Shown here piece after piece: positions 57,895-64,000 of a stretch of 64,000 bases of DNA (its first letter is position 1; every line of letters begins with the position of its first letter). The notes beneath the pieces were generated by a model, which did not search any database, was not told where the DNA came from, and was given only the letters and a program-made list of their open reading frames with translations. A program made the position numbers and the translations under genes. The stretch covers positions 17,474 through 81,473 of the forward strand of contig JAJRZQ010000038.1 of assembly GCA_024275165.1 (NCBI GenBank), read 5' to 3'. Origin of the DNA: a bacterium. Its GTDB lineage: Bacteria; SAR324; XYD2-FULL-50-16.

Positions 57895-59274
57895 TTATTC
57901 TCTCAAGCGTTGAAGTAATCCGTTTTGATCAAAAGAATAATAGCCCTGGGGGCCAACGATCAAATGATCCAAAACCTCGATTCCGATGATTTCCCCCGCC
58001 TTGATCAAGCGGGAGGTTACCTTTTGGTCGTTCTTTGAGGGGGTCAACTGCCCGCTCGGGTGATTGTGCACCAAAACCACCTTGGCCGCCCGCAATTGCA
58101 CGGCTTGGGAAAAAACCTCTCGGGGGTGAACCAAGGCCTCATCTAAGAGCCCGCGGCTCACCTCTGCAAAGCGGATCACCTGGTAGGCCGGATTCAACAA
58201 GAGGGTGTAAAAGCTTTCTTGCTTTAGCTGGGCCAGTAGGGGGCGCAGGTATTCAAAAATCTGCTCTGCTTTATGAAATACGGTGCCCACCGTTAAATTC
58301 TCCCGAACTTGCATTCTCTCGCCTAAAGCGAGAGCCGCCCGATAAGCGAGGGCGAATTCACGCTCCGCCTCCTTTACCGGTAAGGGCTCAGATTGAGCGG
58401 GGAGATAGGGAAACTGCTCCAGCCATTGCTTTTGCCAGTCCAGCCCCTGATAGCGGTTTTACAAGAGGTACGCTAAAAGTTCCGCGCTGCTTTGTTCTTC
58501 CGGGTTGGCTAGGGTGAGGGCGTTTTCCACCTGAGCGATCTGGTTTTTGGAGCGGGTTTTTTGATAAAATTGACATTCCGCTTTCAAGGGGCAGGCAAAG
58601 CAGTCTGGTTTTTCCTGACAAAGCGAAGGTAAAATCCCACTGGCCTTGGCAGAGAACGCCCAATCCCAAACCTGATCCTGGGCGCTCGCTTTTTGTACCT
58701 CTCCAACCTGCCGCGACAACAAGTCGTACCAATCCGCGTAACGCAAGCGTTGCCCCCCGCCCCAATAGCGCAAAAAAGCGTGAAAGCTCCCCTTGCTGCA
58801 GGGATAGGCAAAGCCCAAGAGGTTTAAAAATCGTGCCCCCTCCCAAGGGGTGGGCAGCAGCAATGACTCTTCTATTTCAGCCAAGGCGGCTAAAGGGTTG
58901 GCGGAAATCTTTTGTTTCCAACCCCCCTCCAGCCATTCATCTTGTTGAGCTAAAAGAGCGAACAAACTCTCTTTTAAGCCCTCCGCGATTTCTGCCGGAA
59001 ATTGCCCCAACAAGCTTTGCTGGAACCATTGTTTGAGGTTCAAGGGCCCCTGATATTGCCCTAAAGCCGCTAATTCACGGGCAATCGGGGTGAAATCCAA
59101 ATCAGAGATGTCTTCTAAAAGAGCGGTTAAAAAAGCCTTCCATAGGCTTTCCCCTTGAATATGCGAGGGTTCTTCGCGTTGCGCCAAAGAAAAGAGTGCC
59201 GCCTTTTGCCGATCATAGAGCCAGAGCTTCATCCCCTCCGCGAAGCTTGCCAAAGCAGCGAGAGGTTCATTCAT
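57895..59274 (-). pseudogene. radC: RadC-like (JAB/MPN) protein with a long N-terminal extension and Fe-S-type Cys motif, interrupted by an in-frame TAA at 58459-58461
   Basis: The two ORF-track pieces are in the same frame: SSAELLAYLL*NRYQ..AALALGERMQ..HPREVF..HNHPSG..S..D..LDH. CQEKPDCFACPLKAEC lies upstream. Confidence 0.75.
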
Positions 59275-60094
59275 AGTCGATGCTCGGTACGCGGTGGGTA
59301 AACACAGGCATCTTGAGGCGTAATTTTTCAATCTGCTCTAAGTCGATTTCCGCGGTAATCAGGCCTTCCCCCCGGCCCCCTTCGGCGATGACCTTCCCCC
59401 AAGGGTCGATGACCAAGCTGTGCCCGTAGGACTCGCGTTTTTGGTTGTGCTGACCCGTTTGCCCCGGGGCGATGATAAAGACTTGGTTTTCTATGGCTCT
59501 TGCCTGCAAGAGAGGCTTCCAATGGGCGGCTCCGGTTTGGGCGGTAAAGGCGGCGGGAACAAAAATCACCTTGGCCCCCGCTGCCCTGAGTTTTTGAAAG
59601 AGTACGGGAAAGCGCAAATCATAGCAGATGGTGAGGCCCACTTGCTCGAAAAAGGGATGCTCAAAACTTACAATTTCCTTGCCCGCGCTCACCGTGGCGG
59701 ATTCTTGCAGGTTTACCCCTTCTAAAAGGGAATCAAAAAGATGAATTTTGCGATATTGGGCCACCAGTTCGCCTTGAGAGTTGATCCAAATCGCCGTATT
59801 ATAGGTTTTTTTGGGGTCTGCCGGATTTTTCTCACAAAAGCCGCCGAGCAGTACATCCATGCCTTTTTCTGCCGCCTCAACGCGAAACCGCCGGACTAGG
59901 GGCCCCTCTAAGGGCTCCGCGATGGCGGGGTACTCGGTGGGGCGTTGGCCGATATATAAAAAAGATTCAGGAAAAGCGATCAGCTTAGCCCCTAAGGCAT
60001 GGGCCTGCTCAAGTTGCGCCAGGGCTTTGTTGAGGTTGCCTCGCAAGTCGTTGGTGGCGCAAAGCTGCGCCAAGGCGATTTTCATGGGCTTCAT
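59267..60094 (-). CDS. Carbon-nitrogen hydrolase (Nit1/deaminated glutathione amidase-like)
   Basis: FPE, YRKIHLFD, ICYDLRFP, ARAIENQ and YGHS..IDPWG motifs. Confidence 0.88.
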   Translation of the reverse strand: MKPMKIALAQLCATNDLRGNLNKALAQLEQAHALGAKLIAFPESFLYIGQRPTEYPAIAEPLEGPLVRRFRVEAAEKGMDVLLGGFCEKNPADPKKTYNTAIWINSQGELVAQYRKIHLFDSLLEGVNLQESATVSAGKEIVSFEHPFFEQVGLTICYDLRFPVLFQKLRAAGAKVIFVPAAFTAQTGAAHWKPLLQARAIENQVFIIAPGQTGQHNQKRESYGHSLVIDPWGKVIAEGGRGEGLITAEIDLEQIEKLRLKMPVFTHRVPSIDYE

Positions 60095-60099
60095 TTTTT

Positions 60100-62765
60100 T
60101 TAAATATAAGAGCGTGGTAGGCGCTTGGTCCAACAAGACATGACATCATAGGTGACGGTTTTTGCCCAATCAGCGACCTGCATGACCGTAATTGTTTGGT
60201 CTTTTTGTTCCCCCAGCAAGATGACCTCATCCCCTATCTTGGCTTCCGGTAAATCAGTGACCTCAATCAGCATGGCATCCATGCTGTTGCCTCCCCTTTG
60301 GGGGCACAGCGCCCCGTGAACCAGCGCCTGGGCGGCGTTGCGCAGCCGGGGGTAGCCGTCCCCATACCCGAGAGGCAATACGGCGATGCGGGTGACCCGT
60401 TCTGCCTTAAAATGCATGCCGTAACCGCAAGAATCCCCCGGTCGCAATTCTTGCACATAGGCGATCTTGGTTTTTAACGACATGACGGGCTGCAAGGGCC
60501 CCTGAGCCGACTCAAGGCGGCGGCAGACCTTAGAGGGGTAGACTCCGCTGGGCAAAATACCCAAACGAACCAGGTCAAAATGCCCCTGGGGCAGGTCAAG
60601 GTATCCGCCGGAGTTGCAGGCATGCACCAAAGGCGGCCTTTTCCCTAAACTCGTCAAGGCGTCCACCACTTGGGCAAAGCGTCGCAGTTGCAGCTTGGCG
60701 AAAGTTTTATCCCGCTCGTCGGATTGGGCTAAATGAGTCATTAAACCTTCGAGTCGCAAGCCCGGCAAGGCTTGGATTTGCAAAAAAAGTTCTTTTGCCT
60801 GTTCCCAAGGCACGCCGTAACGCCCCATGCCCGTATCGACTTTTAAATGCACGGGCAGGATTTTGCCTAAGGAGAGGGCGATTTCACTGGCCTGGCAGGC
60901 TCGTTCCAAACTTTGAATTTGGATGCTCAAGCCTTCGGTGATAGCGGGGGTGAGTTCTTCCAAGGTACGCTCTCCAAAAACAAAGATCGGAAAGTCACGA
61001 ATTCCCCCCTGGCGAAGCTCCAAGGCCTCTTCTAAAAAAGCGACCCCCAAATAATCGCAACCCGCTTGAATCGCCGCCTTGGCGGCAGGCAACATCCCGA
61101 TGCCGAGGGCATCGTCCTTGACCACATGCATGATCTTTAACCCCTGGGGTTTATCTTGCATGATCTTTTTCCAGTTTGCGCCCAAACGCTGGAGGTTCAA
61201 TTCCAACACCGCTCGTTGGGGCGTGGGTTGGATCACTCCTTGAAAGAACTCCAAGGCCACGCCGCGATCGGAAAAAGGGATTTTTTTCTGTCCGATCTGC
61301 TGGTAGGTCTCATGGCCCTTGCCCGCGATCACCACCGCGTCCTTGGGGCCGGCCATGCCCAAAGCCAAGTGAATGGCCTGCCGGCGGTCGATTTGCTGGT
61401 AGAGTTGCGACCCCTTTGGCAATTCAATTCCTCGCAAAATATCTTGGTTGATTTGGGTTGGGTCTTCGCTTCTGGGGTTGTCTGAGGTTAAGATCAGCAC
61501 CTCTGCCTTGGCGCAGGCCGCTTTTCCCATGAGGGGGCGTTTTCCCCGGTCTCGCTCTCCGCCGCAGCCAAAGACCACGATGAGCCGCCCTGGGGTTAGG
61601 TTTTTGACCTCATGCAATATTTTCGCTAAGGAGTCGGGGGTATGGGCGTAATCAATGTAAACGGGAAAGGGACTGGCTAGATTGAGTTTTTCAAAGCGCC
61701 CCTCTACCGCTCGGCTGCTTGCCAAGCCCTTTTGGATTTGGTCTAATCCGACCCCTAAGCTAAAGGCGGCCCCAAAGGCGGCCAAGGCGTTATAGACATT
61801 AAAGAGCCCCGGCATGGGGAGTTGGATGTCCAGCAAGGGCTCGCCTCGGAGCCGCACCTCAAATAGGGTGGAGTCGCCTTTTGCGTCTTTGGGGTAGGCG
61901 GCTAGGTCTGCTTGAGGGTTTCGAACTCCATAGGTCAAGACTCGAACCTTCCCTTTTTGCAGCAGGCTGGGGGAAATGGCCCCTAGGACCTCTTTGGCAA
62001 TATCGTCATCTAAGTTGATTAAGGCGTAGGCGTTTTTCTGGCCCTGTCCCAGGGCCGCAAAATGCTTGAGTTTCGATTGTTTATAAGCTTCTAGGCTCCC
62101 ATGAAAATCTAAATGGTCTTGGCTGAGATTGGTGAAGATGGCGACATCAAAGTCTAAAGCGTGGTTGCGTTCAAAGGCAAGGCCGTGGCTGGTTACTTCC
62201 ATGATGATGTTTTCTACCCCTTCGGCCTTCATTTTTTGTCCAATGGCAAACAATTCGGTCGCCATGGGGTTGGAGAGATGGCTCGCCTCTTCCTTGCCAC
62301 TGGGGTAAAAGATTCCAATGGTGCCGATGGCCCCTGTTTTTTTCCCCTGAACCTGAAAGATGGAGTCTAGTAACTGGCTGGTGGTGGTTTTGCCATTGGT
62401 TCCCGTGACCCCAACAAGCCGCATCTGGGCAAAGGATCCCCAAAAAAATCTTTAATGATCAGAGCCATAGTCTGATTAAGCGGGCTCAACTCAACCAGAG
62501 TTACCCCAGGGGCTAAGTCCCGCAATTTGCCGGGTTCGGCAAAAAGGCAAATCGCCCCTTGCTCCATTGCCTGCTTGGCGTAATGTAAACTATGGGGCTT
62601 GAGGTGTACTTCTTGAAACTCTTCTTTTTCCAAACAGAAGTAGGCCCAGCCGGGGCGTACCTGGGTATAATCCCAAGTGAGCCCTTGAATCTCAATGTCT
62701 GTAGGGCCAATACAGGCGGCGGGCTCTAAAGAGGCAAGTAACTTAGAAAGCAGAACCGAGGTCAT
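60100..62765 (-). CDS. murE: MurE-alanine racemase fusion with an apparent 1-nt frameshift near 62430-62448
   Basis: ORF 62367-62765 encodes the Mur ligase N-domain. ORF 60100-62424 has GVTGTNGKTT, MEVTSH, DHLDFH, DYAHTPD, DNPR and AGKGHE, then Alr motifs VVK, HLKVDTGMGR, NSG, VRLG, GYG and GYGDG. Span is 2666 nt, one short of 889 codons. Confidence 0.85.
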
Positions 62766-63725
62766 TTACTTTCCGCCAAAGCTAAAACTGCGCGAACCAA
62801 ACCCCCCGCCCCGAACCGAGCCAAAGCCACCCCTGCGAGAAGTTCCAAAAGCGGAAGACCGCCTTTGGGGTAAGGCCCGGCTTGCTCTGGAGGTGGTTGA
62901 CTTTGTGCCGCTAGGTCGGCCAAAACCACCCGAGCGAACCTTAGAGCGATTTGCCCTTTGAAACTGTCGTTGGGTTTTCGTCGGTTTCTTTAAGGACCTG
63001 CGAATTCCCCGATTGGCGGTTTTCCCCTTATTGGGGTTGTTGATGCTTTTGTTGGATTGCTGTTGAAAGCGGTTTGCCCCTCGGTTCACCTGCTGGGTAT
63101 GAACCAGCGTGCGGCTTGAGTACATGGACATGCCCACAATGGGAAAAAAGCTGAAGTAGGGAGGGTACAACCCATAGTGAAAAGGGCTGAACCACAAAGG
63201 GCGGGGATAAAAATAACTGGAATACACCGGCGGGGCCTGAGCCCCGGAATATTGCGGTTGCTCCTTGCGCTCTACGGGAGCCCAATCGTTGTAGATCGCT
63301 CCTGTGCCGTAGATCGTTTCATTGCCCACAACCTGGATTTCTGCCTTGTCCCCGTTTTGTTCTACCGTGACCTCGGCGATTTCTTGCACCTCACCCTTTT
63401 CCGGTTCCGTGGTTAAGGAATACCCGATTTTTTGGTTTAAGTCGCCAAACTCCTTGACTTGAATGTAGTCGGTTTTGCCGTCGGCATTCAAGTCAAGGTT
63501 GTTGACCCCTCCTGGCTCGTTGAGCCGTCGTTCCAGTTCTTGCCCGCTGCGGACTTCTTTGGTCAGCCCCGTTAAGGCGGCCAAGTCCAAACCTTCGGCG
63601 GCTTGGCTTTCTGCCAAGGCGCTTTCTAAGGCTAGGGGTTCGGGAGCGGGAGAAACCCACTTGTAAAAACTCCAAATCCCGTTGGCGAGTAAAACTGCGA
63701 TGAGTATGCTTTTTAAAGAATTCAT
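62766..63725 (-). CDS. Membrane-anchored hypothetical protein with an EF-hand-like motif and an Arg/Gly/Ser-rich tail
   Basis: N-terminal TM; NLDLNADGKTDYI; aromatic/Pro-rich stretch; tail RRGGFGSVRGGGFGSRSFSFGGK. Abuts the murE start. Confidence 0.65.
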   Translation of the reverse strand: MNSLKSILIAVLLANGIWSFYKWVSPAPEPLALESALAESQAAEGLDLAALTGLTKEVRSGQELERRLNEPGGVNNLDLNADGKTDYIQVKEFGDLNQKIGYSLTTEPEKGEVQEIAEVTVEQNGDKAEIQVVGNETIYGTGAIYNDWAPVERKEQPQYSGAQAPPVYSSYFYPRPLWFSPFHYGLYPPYFSFFPIVGMSMYSSRTLVHTQQVNRGANRFQQQSNKSINNPNKGKTANRGIRRSLKKPTKTQRQFQRANRSKVRSGGFGRPSGTKSTTSRASRALPQRRSSAFGTSRRGGFGSVRGGGFGSRSFSFGGK

Positions 63726-63774
63726 AGCCCTCTTCAAGGTTTAAAGTCAGACTAGCCTTATCTGGGGGTGAGCG

Positions 63775-64000
63775 TCAATGCTCCGCCTTTGGAAGAACCA
63801 GATATTCGATCATTACGGAGAGGATTTCATTTTTCTGCATCTTCATGACCGTCAAACGGTGATCCCCCACAACTAAACTATCGCCTGTATGGGGCAGGCG
63901 AGAAAGGTGATGCATGATCAAGCCCTGGAGGGATTCAAAATCCCCTTTTTCGGGGACTTCGCCTGCAATCCCGCGATTTAAGGTGATCAGGTCGATGCTG
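63775..64000 (-). CDS. C-terminal CorC/HlyC domain of a hemolysin/CNNM-family protein (5' part outside window)
   Basis: Manual translation ..DFESLQGLIMHHLSRLPHTGDSLVVGDHRLTVMKM..EH*, matching the T(L)xG(L)I..LGRxP..G pattern. Confidence 0.75.
   Translation of the reverse strand, partial: SIDLITLNRGIAGEVPEKGDFESLQGLIMHHLSRLPHTGDSLVVGDHRLTVMKMQKNEILSVMIEYLVLPKAEH

Noticed and set aside
51520-58461. Genome-wide stop-codon reassignment explaining the rpsI TAG and radC TAA
   Set aside because: TAA, TAG and TGA all terminate conserved genes at the expected positions in this window, and the two lesions use different codons.
1-64000. Selenoproteins with in-frame TGA, given the presence of selB
   Set aside because: I found no gene interrupted by TGA at a conserved Cys position; the observed interruptions are TAG, TAA and a frameshift.

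Overview
This 64 kb window is a gene-dense bacterial chromosomal segment of about 50% GC, mostly housekeeping genes. The gene content looks deltaproteobacteria-like (inference from a sigma54-type regulator, an MqnP-type prenyltransferase, an FlhG-like ATPase, a stand-alone RRM protein and selB). Recognisable genes include a two-component pair, degP, hslUV, rlmE, mazG, tatC, an MCP-hemerythrin, rnhB, def, a HelD-like ATPase, putA, csoR-copA, selB, nadABC, rplM-rpsI, lsrF and obgE. No rRNA, tRNA, CRISPR array, transposase or prophage gene was seen. Notable observations: (1) a putA operon carrying the two halves of cyanobacterial ArgZ/AgrE as separate genes, close to a cyanobacterial-type 2-oxoglutarate decarboxylase/SSADH pair, together suggesting an Arg->Orn->Pro->Glu->(2-OG)->succinate route; (2) a selB - degenerate CHAT/STAND/TPR - eukaryote-type UGPase operon; (3) a MurE-alanine racemase fusion split by a 1-nt frameshift; (4) a RadC carrying an N-terminal Fe-S-motif region and an internal TAA; (5) an in-frame TAG in rpsI; (6) a TatC with a ~140-aa insertion containing two CxC motifs; (7) a family of at least seven MITE-like elements that share ~15-bp terminal inverted repeats but have different hairpin-rich interiors. 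All protein calls come from motif recognition by eye; no database searches were run.
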